The notes beneath the pieces were generated by a model. The model made no database searches. It saw nothing but the letters and a program-made list of their open reading frames with translations, and was not told the DNA's origin. From an uncultured virus (IMG/VR IMGVR_UViG_3300025771_000019) (Duplodnaviria; Heunggongvirae; Uroviricota; Caudoviricetes): a stretch of DNA of 64,000 nt. The translations under genes were made by a program, and so were the position numbers. The stretch lies in the IMG/VR virus record IMGVR_UViG_3300025771_000019. One strand, written 5' to 3'. Positions 10,189-18,992 of the stretch are shown here, one piece after another. Numbering within the stretch: position 1 is the stretch's first letter; each line of letters starts with the position of its first letter.

Positions 10189-11276
10189 GCCATTATCGTC
10201 CCATTATTGTTACCCTGATTTGTTTCAGCAGGAGGGGCTACTGACTCTGCAGTCGCAGGTGGAGGAGTAGCAATACCATAATCGTGTGCTGTCTCAACTT
10301 CAAGCTCTGATAACTGTATACCAAGTCCTACCGCTGCTGGTTTACCACCTCTCATAATCGATACGCCACCCGTGGGTCCATAATCAACAGTAATATTTTG
10401 AATCATAGCCGGTTTAAATTTCATAAAATGTTCACCATTTACACCAAGCAAATAAATGTTTACTGTAGATGGATATCTTAAAAATGCTGAATTGATTCCA
10501 AATAGATTTGCTGTTTGTGGTAAAGAGTGCTGTTTCAGGTGATAAACAATATTCTTAATTATATCTGAATCTCTTGTGTTATTTGGAAATAGCTCCCAGT
10601 TAAACTGGTGCTGTCTTAGGTTCACACCTTCAAATGTAAGGGTTTCACGGGGGTTCAGAACCTGTCCAGTAGCATTGTTTACTGCACGGGCATAGTCACC
10701 CGGCAATGCTTTTCTTAATAGGTACTGAGCACCAGTTACGACGTCAGCAATATCTGTACCCAGAACATTTTTAAGTGCACCTTGAAGCTGAGCCATTGCG
10801 CCACCACCACCCGACGTGCCACCACCTCCAAGCATACTTCCAACCGCAGCGCCCATACCTTGTAGAATTTTTGGAAGATCTCCAATAGTTTGGCCATTAC
10901 CACCAGATTGAATATAGTTGTTTACTCTTGTAGCAATTTGCTCTACAAAAGGATCTCTCTCAAAGTTATTTACTCTGAGGCTCGTTTGGTCTGTAAGCTG
11001 CTTTGGAAAAGGTAACTCGATTGATGTTGTAGTTCTAAGTGTTGCCGCAACAGTTCTACCAAACTGATCTTCCGGCGCTTCAAGAAGTCCACGTGCGGTT
11101 CCCACAGAATCTCCGTCTCCAAATAAAGATTTGAAGTCGTATTGTTTGAACACCATAAGTATCCTGTGCGGGTGACCTTCAGAAGGAAAGCTAAAAAATT
11201 TTGGAGCTTTATCTTCTTCTTTTTTAGTTCTTAGTATTTCCGGTGGGGTAAATTTTTTACCGATTGCGCCGATCAT
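10185..11276 (-). CDS. gp48: Baseplate tail-tube cap gp48
   Basis: NPRETLTFEGVNLRQHQFNWELFP, LRYP, LQLSELE motifs. Confidence 0.85.
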   Translation of the reverse strand: MIGAIGKKFTPPEILRTKKEEDKAPKFFSFPSEGHPHRILMVFKQYDFKSLFGDGDSVGTARGLLEAPEDQFGRTVAATLRTTTSIELPFPKQLTDQTSLRVNNFERDPFVEQIATRVNNYIQSGGNGQTIGDLPKILQGMGAAVGSMLGGGGTSGGGGAMAQLQGALKNVLGTDIADVVTGAQYLLRKALPGDYARAVNNATGQVLNPRETLTFEGVNLRQHQFNWELFPNNTRDSDIIKNIVYHLKQHSLPQTANLFGINSAFLRYPSTVNIYLLGVNGEHFMKFKPAMIQNITVDYGPTGGVSIMRGGKPAAVGLGIQLSELEVETAHDYGIATPPPATAESVAPPAETNQGNNNGTIMA

Positions 11277-11294
11277 TAAACTGCCGCCTTTTTA

Positions 11295-11323
11295 TATAAA
11301 TAGGTTATTATGATCTATTTATA
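11295..11323. promoter_or_regulatory. Divergent pair of T4-type late promoters (TATAAATA)
   Basis: TATAAATA on + at 11295-11302 and on - at 11316-11323, between divergent structural operons. Confidence 0.85.
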
Positions 11324-11330
11324 CTGAGAA

Positions 11331-11798
11331 ATGAGGCGGCACGTGGCGTATGGTGGAAGGTTTAGACCAAAGAACCCCGTAAAATATAAAGGTGATCCAA
11401 CAAAAATTTATTATAGATCAATGTGGGAGTTCAAATTCTTTCGTTATGTGGATGAACACCCGCATGTTTTATGGTGGGCTAGTGAGGAATATGTAATTCC
11501 ATACTATTCACCAATTGACGGTAAGAGGCATCGGTATTTTCCTGATGTTGTTGTTTGTAAAAAAGGACCGGATGGATCTCAATCTACTATGATGATTGAG
11601 ATCAAACCAAAAGGACAAACAAGACCGCCGGATAGATCTAAAATGAAAACAGCTAAGGGCAACTTATCAAGGCGATATATTAACGAGGTGAAAACATACG
11701 GTATCAATGAAGCAAAGTGGAAAGCAGCTCGAGCATGGTGTGCACAACGTGGATGGACATTCCACATATATACTGAGGACCAATTAGGAATCAAATAA
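11331..11798 (+). CDS. gp4: Head completion nuclease gp4
   Basis: PKNPVKYKGDP, YRSMWE, WASEE, HRYFPD, IEIKP, NEAKWKAA. Confidence 0.95.
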   Translation: MRRHVAYGGRFRPKNPVKYKGDPTKIYYRSMWEFKFFRYVDEHPHVLWWASEEYVIPYYSPIDGKRHRYFPDVVVCKKGPDGSQSTMMIEIKPKGQTRPPDRSKMKTAKGNLSRRYINEVKTYGINEAKWKAARAWCAQRGWTFHIYTEDQLGIK

Positions 11799-12424
11799 TG
11801 GCTGAGATATTTAGCAATATTCTATCACAAGGTATTAGAGCGGGTCAGATGCCTGCTCGTACAGCACAGGCTCGTGAATGGTATAGAGACCAAGCGAAAG
11901 AAGTTACTCGGTCATCTCGAAATAGAACTCGCGCAGATCAATTGATACGAGAGATTCGTAGAGATGGCGATAGACCACAGCGCAGTCAATTTAGACTAGG
12001 CGACATGTATCTTTTCACCTATGATCCAAAGCATAAAGACAAGCTTCCGTACTACGATAGGTTTCCTCTTATTTTTCCAATAAATAAAGCTAAGGGTGGA
12101 TTTCTAGGTATTAATATGCACTACCTACCGCCAGTATTAAGAGCAAAGTTAATGGATCAGTTGTATACTGTTACGACAAATAAACGTTTTGATGAGACTA
12201 CAAGATTGAGATTGTCATATGATATTTTGAACGGTGCGGCTAAGTTTAGAGAGTTTAAGCCGACAATCAAACATTATCTCAATGCTCATGTGAGAACAAA
12301 GCCAGCTTACATTTATCCAAGTGAGTGGGATGTTGCATTGTTCTTACCAACACAGAAATTTGTCGGTGCAAATGCTACTCAAGTTTATGCCGACTCTAGA
12401 AGAATTATAAGGGCATCGCGCTAA
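11798..12424 (+). CDS. gp2: DNA end protector gp2
   Basis: YDPKHKDKLPYYDRFPLIF, GINMHYLPP, KHYL, FLPT. Confidence 0.95.
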   Translation: MAEIFSNILSQGIRAGQMPARTAQAREWYRDQAKEVTRSSRNRTRADQLIREIRRDGDRPQRSQFRLGDMYLFTYDPKHKDKLPYYDRFPLIFPINKAKGGFLGINMHYLPPVLRAKLMDQLYTVTTNKRFDETTRLRLSYDILNGAAKFREFKPTIKHYLNAHVRTKPAYIYPSEWDVALFLPTQKFVGANATQVYADSRRIIRASR

Positions 12425-13215
12425 TGGCATTTAACCTATCACAATTCAAATCCCAGATGGACTGGTTCGGCGGACCAGATCGTGCCTCTTTATTTGAAGT
12501 TGAGCTCAGTGGCTTACCTTTAACTAAATCGAGAGCGGGTTCATATGACCTTAAATTTTTCTGTAAAAACGTAGCCATACCGGGCATGATCTTTAACCCT
12601 GCTCAGTATGAAGCTGTGGGTCAGATGCGTAAGGTCTATCCTATGGGATTCAACCCAGAACCAGTACAAGCAATCTTTTTACTTGATGCTGATAAACAAG
12701 TACTTACATTCTTTCATGGATGGGCACAGAGTATGGTAAACTTTAGTACCGCGGGTGGAGCATTCTCTGCGGTTGACGGTACAAAACCATTTGAAATTAA
12801 TTATCGTGATGATTATGCATGTCGAATGGTTATCAAACATTATAGTGCAAACTATACACAGACCGGACAATACTATGAGGTAATTCTAGATAAAGCGTTC
12901 CCAATTCAAATGGGTGATGTGGATCTTGCATGGGAGAATGGTGACAGTTTTGTCGTTCTACCAGTAAGTATTCAATATGATAGAATCGAGTTCTCAGGTG
13001 AAAGATACGGTTATCCTATAGGCGGGGATGGAAACAGCCTACTTAAATTACTTACAGCAGCTGGTAGAATCAACGACATTATGGGCGGCGGTATTCTTCC
13101 AACTGGTGTACAAGATGCAGTTAATAAACTCACTGGAATTAACGGCGAATTTGATAATATTTCTAGAAAAGGTCGAAGTCTCGCAAACCAGGTGGGTAGA
13201 TTCTTAGGTGGATGA
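12424..13215 (+). CDS. Tail tube initiator / tube-like protein (gp54/gp19 fold)
   Basis: LFEV, LKFFC..V.IPG, AFPI.MGDVDLAW; synteny between gp2 and gp26. Confidence 0.75.
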   Translation: MAFNLSQFKSQMDWFGGPDRASLFEVELSGLPLTKSRAGSYDLKFFCKNVAIPGMIFNPAQYEAVGQMRKVYPMGFNPEPVQAIFLLDADKQVLTFFHGWAQSMVNFSTAGGAFSAVDGTKPFEINYRDDYACRMVIKHYSANYTQTGQYYEVILDKAFPIQMGDVDLAWENGDSFVVLPVSIQYDRIEFSGERYGYPIGGDGNSLLKLLTAAGRINDIMGGGILPTGVQDAVNKLTGINGEFDNISRKGRSLANQVGRFLGG

Positions 13216-13232
13216 ACAGGAGAAATTAAATT

Positions 13233-13931
13233 ATGCTACCAAAAATTGATCTTCCTATTTTTGAAACAACCTTGCCATCAACAGGTGAGAAAGTCAAATA
13301 TAGAGCGTTTACGGTTAAAGAAGAAAAGATTCTTCTCGTTGCGCAGGAATCTAATGATATCGGCCAAACTATCTTAGCAATCAAACAGGTCGTAAATAAT
13401 TGTGTTCTTAGTCATGACGTAGCCGAGTTTGCTATGTTTGATCTAGAATACATGATGCTTATGATACGCGCTAGGGCAGTTGATGATACGGTAAAATTTG
13501 TAATCACAGATACAGATACTGATAAGCCAGTAAACTTAGAATTAGCTTTAGATGATGTACAGGTCGTCAAGAGTGATGAACATAAAAATGAAGTGGCTAT
13601 TAATGAAGAATACAATCTTTATTTAAAATATCCAACGATAGACCAGTTCATACGAATTGTAGAGATGGATCAGAGAGATCCTCTTGTAAATTATACTATT
13701 ATGATTTCTTGTTTGGATAAAGTCGCTTCAGAAGACGAGGTTCATGAGTTTAAGAACTACTCTGAAAAAGAGATAGATCAATTTATGGAAAACGTTGATA
13801 CTAAGGTTCTTAAAGGTATTCAAAAATTCTTTGAGACCATGCCAAAGTTAAAGCATGAAGTACATTATGAGAACGAAAATGGAGATAGTAAAGTATACAC
13901 TGTTGAAGGAATCAATAGTTTTTTTTTCTAG
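13233..13931 (+). CDS. gp26: Baseplate hub assembly protein gp26
   Basis: LPKIDLP, LPSTG..YR.FTVKEEKILL, FDLEY, FFETMPKL, ends SFFF. Confidence 0.92.
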   Translation: MLPKIDLPIFETTLPSTGEKVKYRAFTVKEEKILLVAQESNDIGQTILAIKQVVNNCVLSHDVAEFAMFDLEYMMLMIRARAVDDTVKFVITDTDTDKPVNLELALDDVQVVKSDEHKNEVAINEEYNLYLKYPTIDQFIRIVEMDQRDPLVNYTIMISCLDKVASEDEVHEFKNYSEKEIDQFMENVDTKVLKGIQKFFETMPKLKHEVHYENENGDSKVYTVEGINSFFF

Positions 13932-14098
13932 TGCTGAGCCACATTAGTTTGGCGGATTACTATAAAGTGGTGTTCGCTTTGGCTCAGCACCATAAATACT
14001 CTATAAGTGATATTGAAAACTTAATGCCATACGAGCGTGACATCTACTACAACATGATTATAAATTATATTGCAGAGCAAGAACAAAGTCGAGGTTAA
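13931..14098 (+). CDS. gp51: Baseplate hub assembly catalyst gp51-like (absent from ORF track)
   Basis: Hand-translated VLSHISLADYYKVVFALAQHHKYSISDIENLMPYERDIYYNMIINYIAEQEQSRG*; L.QHHKYS..DIE.LMP.ERDIY motif. Confidence 0.85.
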   Translation: MLSHISLADYYKVVFALAQHHKYSISDIENLMPYERDIYYNMIINYIAEQEQSRG

Positions 14099-14101
14099 GA
14101 G

Positions 14102-16063
14102 ATGGCCCTTTCAGAAGATACACAAGCTATCATAGATAGATTAAAAGCAGAAGGCGATTTGATCCGCAATAGCGGAACTAATTCTATGCGAGCTGTAAAT
14201 ATTAAACTAGATCGATTCGAAGGTCTGTTTAAAAGTATCAACGAAAATGTCGTCAGTCAAACCGATATGATGCGTCAGCAAATGGGCATAGCTGCTAAAC
14301 AAAGACGCCAGGAAGAAACTCGTCGTCAACAAGAAGAAGTACTACCGCCTGAACCAACGACCGAGCCGGCAGGAAGTCCAGTAAACGGCCGAGAAAATGG
14401 TGAAAGAAACATCGATAACGTAAGTAAGTCGATTGCCGAAGCTTTATCATTTAAGAACATTGTACTCGGTGGCGCTGCGTTGTTTGCAGGCTATAATATT
14501 CTAAAAGGTTTTATCGATCAGAAAACCGGCGGTGGCTTTACCGACATGGAAAGTGGCATCGGAGATTTTGCATCTAAATTAAAAGATTTTGAAATGCCAG
14601 ATTTTACAGCCACTATGGAAAAATTAAATAGTTCTATTGATGGCCTTAAAGCAACAATTGATCAATTAAAAACCGATATAGATAACGCCGCAGCTAAACT
14701 CAAAGATTGGCAATGGTGGATTGGTCTTGCTATTGGTGCTATTGGTCCTTTTGTTGCAATTAATAGACTGCTTAAAATTAGATTAGAAAGACTACGCCAA
14801 CAAACTATTGAAATGGAAAGGGCTCCTAATGTTACGTCTGATAGTCCAAACCAGCCTAGATTAGGCGCTTATGATGTAGATCCAGCCAATCCAAACTTCA
14901 AAGGATGGGGTGAAGACGGCAAACCAGTTTTTAGAGATGCACCTAATGCACCCAAAGTTGTTCTTCTACCAGATGGAACACCGGTTAGAGGCACTTCTCC
15001 TGTAAGAGTTCCTACACCAAGTACAGAGACTCCTCGCTTGGGAACACCAACAGACCTTGATAGACCACCAGTAGCACCTGGTGCATTCGCTGATGGCGCG
15101 CCAAGAATGACCACGCCAGATATGTCAACTCCAGAGTTGCGCGCACAGAACAGACCAATTATAGCAGATAGTATCACAAGAAGTGGTGGTAGGATTGGTT
15201 ATAATCAGCAAGCAGGTAGATTTACTGTAAACCCAGATGGAACTGGCGGGTTTCTTTCAGACGCAGAAGCTATTAAAATGATGGAACAAAATATAGCACA
15301 AGAAGCTCCGCGTTATTCTAAAGCTTTTGCTAATGTTGTTAAATTTTTAAAGTTTCTTGGGCCGCCTGCTTTGGCATACGAGATATTTAGAGTTTACGTT
15401 GAACTAACTTCAGACTCGACCAAAGAGCAAAAAATTGCAGCAGTATCAGGAATCATTGGTGGTATGGGTATTGGTTTCGTCGCAGGTGCTTTAACAGGAG
15501 CGCAGCTGGGTGTTTGGTTTGGACCTTGGGCTGCTCTTATAGGTGGTTTGCTTGCTGGTGTTGCTTTTGGCTTTGGCGGGGAATATCTTATTAGAGCTAT
15601 GGTAGAAGCTTTCTTTGAAGAGCCAGAAGCTAAGCAAGCAAGATACAAAGAAATGCAAGAGCACCAAGCAGAAGCTATGAGACAAAACGGATCATATGCC
15701 GACTATCTGGGCGCTATGGAAAGATTACAAATGGGCGGTGCAACTGCATTCTCAGATTCAGGCTTTATTCCAAATCTAGGATTTGGACAAGGTCGTTTGC
15801 TTGGAAATTCTAAAGGTAACTATTTCATGGGAATAGACGGTCAATTGTACCGTCAGGATGGACAGACTTATCGAGTTGAAAGAATGTCATTCGGTGGCGC
15901 TGGCCAAGGTAATGTTGTAATCAATGCACCTCAAATAAGTGCGCCTGTCGTGAATAATGTAGAAGGTGGGAAGTCGGCCAACTATATTCAGATGGCCTCC
16001 TTCGGTGGTGGCGGGGGCGGCTTTGGAAGCGACGACCCCTACAACCTATCATTTATTTCGTAG
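14102..16063 (+). CDS. Tape-measure-like / gp29-like baseplate hub protein
   Basis: 653 aa helical/coiled-coil protein with Gly/Ala-rich hydrophobic segments, immediately after gp26/gp51. Confidence 0.6.
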   Translation: MALSEDTQAIIDRLKAEGDLIRNSGTNSMRAVNIKLDRFEGLFKSINENVVSQTDMMRQQMGIAAKQRRQEETRRQQEEVLPPEPTTEPAGSPVNGRENGERNIDNVSKSIAEALSFKNIVLGGAALFAGYNILKGFIDQKTGGGFTDMESGIGDFASKLKDFEMPDFTATMEKLNSSIDGLKATIDQLKTDIDNAAAKLKDWQWWIGLAIGAIGPFVAINRLLKIRLERLRQQTIEMERAPNVTSDSPNQPRLGAYDVDPANPNFKGWGEDGKPVFRDAPNAPKVVLLPDGTPVRGTSPVRVPTPSTETPRLGTPTDLDRPPVAPGAFADGAPRMTTPDMSTPELRAQNRPIIADSITRSGGRIGYNQQAGRFTVNPDGTGGFLSDAEAIKMMEQNIAQEAPRYSKAFANVVKFLKFLGPPALAYEIFRVYVELTSDSTKEQKIAAVSGIIGGMGIGFVAGALTGAQLGVWFGPWAALIGGLLAGVAFGFGGEYLIRAMVEAFFEEPEAKQARYKEMQEHQAEAMRQNGSYADYLGAMERLQMGGATAFSDSGFIPNLGFGQGRLLGNSKGNYFMGIDGQLYRQDGQTYRVERMSFGGAGQGNVVINAPQISAPVVNNVEGGKSANYIQMASFGGGGGGFGSDDPYNLSFIS

Positions 16064-16286
16064 AATCACCTTTATCAGAAACGAAGGAATACATTTCTTT
16101 CGCTTTAGACATAAGCTCTTCTACAGAATACATTTCAATGTGCTTTTGAAATTCTTCCATCTGCATCTTACCTGCATCCATCATTTTTTCAGCAAATGAC
16201 ACGTTCATGTGATACTGCTGATCCATATAATCTTTTGCAAGTGTTAGCATTTCTGAACGAATTTCAAATGGGTTTTTATTAGCCAT
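16053..16286 (-). CDS. Conserved small phage protein (NPFEIR.EML..AKD)
   Basis: AAGGAG RBS upstream of ATG 16286; 77 aa helical. Confidence 0.7.
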   Translation of the reverse strand: MANKNPFEIRSEMLTLAKDYMDQQYHMNVSFAEKMMDAGKMQMEEFQKHIEMYSVEELMSKAKEMYSFVSDKGDSTK

Positions 16287-16371
16287 AACTTTCTCCTTTG
16301 TGTATGTATGTGTTAGCCAATCTGGGTGAATATCATAATAACCTGGATTACATATATTCATTTTGTTTTCC

Positions 16372-16406
16372 TTTTAAAGAAATGGGGAGCTAACCGTGGC
16401 TCCCCG
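16372..16406. terminator. GC-rich hairpin downstream of sHsp (intrinsic terminator, - strand)
   Basis: GGGGAGC-taaccgtg-GCTCCCC stem, followed on - strand by ATTTCTTT. Confidence 0.7.
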
Positions 16407-16422
16407 CGGATTCGTTACGGAA

Positions 16423-16863
16423 TCACCCGTTTAGAAGTTCTGGAGCTCGACTGATTTCAATCTTACGAGGCTTCTTCTCTTCTGGAATCACATTCTCCAA
16501 TTCAATTGTCAAAATGCCATCTGTAAAATGTGCACCACGTACGACAATCGTATCTGAGAGTGTAAAGGTACGACGGAAGTGGCGTGCTGAGATACCTTTG
16601 TGTAGGTATGTGCGCTCTTCCTCATCCTTCTTTGTCCCTTCAATATATAGAACACCGTCTTTTAGTTCGATGTCTAGTTCATCTTCGCCAAAGCCTGCGA
16701 CCGCCAATTCAATGGCATAGTTATCGTCGTCGATCTTTGCGATATTATATGGGGGATAATTAGTTTGACCCGGTGTTTGTTCTCTCATTCTTTCGATCAT
16801 GCGATCAAAACCGATGAAAAGTGGGTCATTGAGCATGTCTGCTCTAAAGCTACGTGTATTCAT
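16423..16863 (-). CDS. Small heat-shock protein (Hsp20/IbpA family)
   Basis: IGFDRM, NYPPYNI, IELAVAGF, YLHKGISAR.F.RTFTL, GILTI.LE..IPEEKKPRKIEI; AAGGAG RBS. Confidence 0.95.
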   Translation of the reverse strand: MNTRSFRADMLNDPLFIGFDRMIERMREQTPGQTNYPPYNIAKIDDDNYAIELAVAGFGEDELDIELKDGVLYIEGTKKDEEERTYLHKGISARHFRRTFTLSDTIVVRGAHFTDGILTIELENVIPEEKKPRKIEISRAPELLNG

Positions 16864-16920
16864 TGCTATCTCCTTTATTAAGCAAGATTTATAATAAGGG
16901 AACCCATTAGGCATTCCCTA
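16864..16920 (-). promoter_or_regulatory. ROSE-like RNA thermometer in sHsp 5' UTR
   Basis: ATCTTGCTT pairs with SD-containing AAGGAGAT leaving a bulged G; upstream hairpin GGGAA...TTCCC. Confidence 0.65.
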
Positions 16921-16940
16921 TATTATTTATATCACATTAT

Positions 16941-17315
16941 TTAGGAGATGTCAACTTTTTTTTCAAGAATTGCGTGTGCAATAATGTCCCCGTTCTTAAG
17001 GGCAACTAAACTGTCACATGTATTCTTGACTATCAATTTAATTTCAGAAGTCTCTTCTACAATCTGAACACACGAAGCGAGAACAAGCGATTTCTTAAGT
17101 GCCCAATCCTCTTTAATAAAAATCTTTGCAATATATCCTTCCGGCACTTCAAGAGTCTGCCCTGTTGGAATAATTGCTCTTACATCTGGAATCAACTGCA
17201 TTGCATCCGGATCGGGTCCGAAGCCTTTTACGTGCAGTTTTTGTCGTTTATTCCAATTATTATAAGTATCAACAAAGTCTCCATGCTTTAAGGAGACGGC
17301 AATATCAATCATCAT
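16941..17315 (-). CDS. dUTPase-like protein (degenerate)
   Basis: AIIPTG..LEVPEGY, LKKSLVLA, L.NGD.IA pattern, but canonical RSG/GVIDSDY motifs are absent. Confidence 0.55.
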   Translation of the reverse strand: MMIDIAVSLKHGDFVDTYNNWNKRQKLHVKGFGPDPDAMQLIPDVRAIIPTGQTLEVPEGYIAKIFIKEDWALKKSLVLASCVQIVEETSEIKLIVKNTCDSLVALKNGDIIAHAILEKKVDIS

Positions 17316-17713
17316 TTTTTTCCTATATTGTACTTAGCCTCTAAGTTCCATTCATTTTTCTCTTTGTGAGATAGAATCTTAATTTGATTAAGCTGAGCAA
17401 CTGGATCTTGAGCTTTCTCCGTATTTACAACTGAGATGAGATCCCATTCCTCAAGCAAGTTTACGATAGTATTTCTTCTAGCCTTATCTTCTTCTGAGAA
17501 GGTGTCTTTCTTTCCGTCTAGGATAAACAACTCTTTAAAATGTAGAATTGCATAACGACCTTGTTTGTGAAGAATATGGCAAGTTTGATATAAAGTCTTA
17601 TCTTTACGAGATGAAATACCGATTCGTGTTAGGGTTTCTTTGACTTTTAAAAAGCTATCTGGCGAGGGAAGAGAGATCTCAATTCCTACCCCCTTAAAAA
17701 TATCTTCTTGCAT
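17312..17713 (-). CDS. regA: Translational repressor RegA
   Basis: FLKVKETLTRIGI, LYQTCHILHKQGRYAILHFKELF, RRNTI..LL..W, KYNIG. Confidence 0.97.
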   Translation of the reverse strand: MQEDIFKGVGIEISLPSPDSFLKVKETLTRIGISSRKDKTLYQTCHILHKQGRYAILHFKELFILDGKKDTFSEEDKARRNTIVNLLEEWDLISVVNTEKAQDPVAQLNQIKILSHKEKNEWNLEAKYNIGKK

Positions 17714-17786
17714 AACCACAGCATCCTTATTATTGTTATTATTATCACGATGCTCACCATGACCATCCAAACAATATTTATATTTT

Positions 17787-18185
17787 TCACACTCCCCCTG
17801 TGACAAGTTTGCTATGTATATATTTCATATCTTCTTTACTCAAAGCTTTCTGATACATCTTTGCTACGGTACGGTTACACTGATAGACCTGTTGGATTGC
17901 ATCTAAGTCTGCATCTTTATCGGCCTTTGGCCACTTTGAGAAACGTTTACGCTTGCGTAGTGCTCCACGATAATATTGAAACTGAGCGGCATGGAACATA
18001 TGAGCTCGTTGATTCATTTCATTCGCATGTAAGATAGTATCCTCGAAGTTTGCGAAACCACGATTTACCATATAAGGAATATATTGCTTTTCAATCAGTT
18101 CTGGATTTTCGTTATTGTTAATCAGATCTTCCTTCGAGAAAGAAGCTGCTGTCATAAAATCAAATGGGTTATAGTCCTTCGCCAC
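17787..18185 (-). CDS. gp62: Clamp loader small subunit gp62
   Basis: PFDF, Y.PYMVNRG, ANEMN, KRKRFSKW, ends GG; GTG start assumed. Confidence 0.9.
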   Translation of the reverse strand: MAKDYNPFDFMTAASFSKEDLINNNENPELIEKQYIPYMVNRGFANFEDTILHANEMNQRAHMFHAAQFQYYRGALRKRKRFSKWPKADKDADLDAIQQVYQCNRTVAKMYQKALSKEDMKYIHSKLVTGGV

Positions 18186-18366
18186 GAGCTTCCTCAATCT
18201 TTTTCAAAATATCATTTAAATCATCTGCACAAGTAGGGCAGGCTTTTAATTCAAGAGGCCCTTCACTTGTATCTAATTTTATACTAAACAAGTCAGCTTT
18301 GTCAACTGTTTTTTCACAATAAAAGCAAGTATGCTTTTTAATGAGACGTTTCATCCATTCGCTCAT
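18169..18366 (-). CDS. Small Zn-finger-like protein
   Basis: CFYC ... CPTC. Confidence 0.6.
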   Translation of the reverse strand: MSEWMKRLIKKHTCFYCEKTVDKADLFSIKLDTSEGPLELKACPTCADDLNDILKKIEEARGEGL

Positions 18367-18588
18367 TTACCACTCCGGCGCTGAATAATCTTTGTGCAAT
18401 TTATATGAAGCTATTCCATCTAATCCATAAGATGGGCAAACGTGAATGTATTCAGGCAAACCTAAATCGTCTTTCTCACCCGCTTCACCACAAATAAAGT
18501 ATGCACCAGTTTTTTCAGGTGAGCTATGCTTCCAAATTTTTAAGAGCTTTTGGTAAAGCTGATATTCATTATCACTAATTTCAACCAT
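18367..18588 (-). CDS. Hypothetical protein
   Basis: Tightly packed ORF; GAYFICG..G.KD..GLPEYIHVCP.YG. Confidence 0.6.
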   Translation of the reverse strand: MVEISDNEYQLYQKLLKIWKHSSPEKTGAYFICGEAGEKDDLGLPEYIHVCPSYGLDGIASYKLHKDYSAPEW

Positions 18589-18769
18589 CATCTTCTTCCC
18601 AATATCTACAATAAAAATGATTGCCACATGCATCAATCTCGTGCTGCGGATAACCTTCGCTCAACAGCCAAGGAAGGATACTTTCATCTTCGCCTAAGTC
18701 TGCGGGTAAAGGTTTAGGAAAACCATACTTCCAACCGCTGGGCGGATCGCACATCATCACTTTAGCCAT
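18581..18769 (-). CDS. Hypothetical phage protein (DPPSGWKYGFPK)
   Basis: Tightly packed ORF with a motif seen in T4-like phages. Confidence 0.65.
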   Translation of the reverse strand: MAKVMMCDPPSGWKYGFPKPLPADLGEDESILPWLLSEGYPQHEIDACGNHFYCRYWEEDDG

Positions 18770-18770
18770 T

Positions 18771-18992
18771 TCATACTACAATATCAACGAATTGTCCCTG
18801 TGGTTTCTCATCAATCACTCGACCAGCATGGTCGTAACGGGTCCATTGAACGGTTTCAACCCATGTCACTCCAGTCGGTGTTTCAAGATGTTTCGTTTGT
18901 GTTACCTTAACACCATGAACAGTAGTATTAGTGGTGTAGTAATTACTTGTTGTAATCTGTGGCATGATGCCATATACTTCTACGTTATTCAT
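18771..18992 (-). CDS. Hypothetical protein
   Basis: Coupled to the gp44 stop. Confidence 0.5.
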   Translation of the reverse strand: MNNVEVYGIMPQITTSNYYTTNTTVHGVKVTQTKHLETPTGVTWVETVQWTRYDHAGRVIDEKPQGQFVDIVV

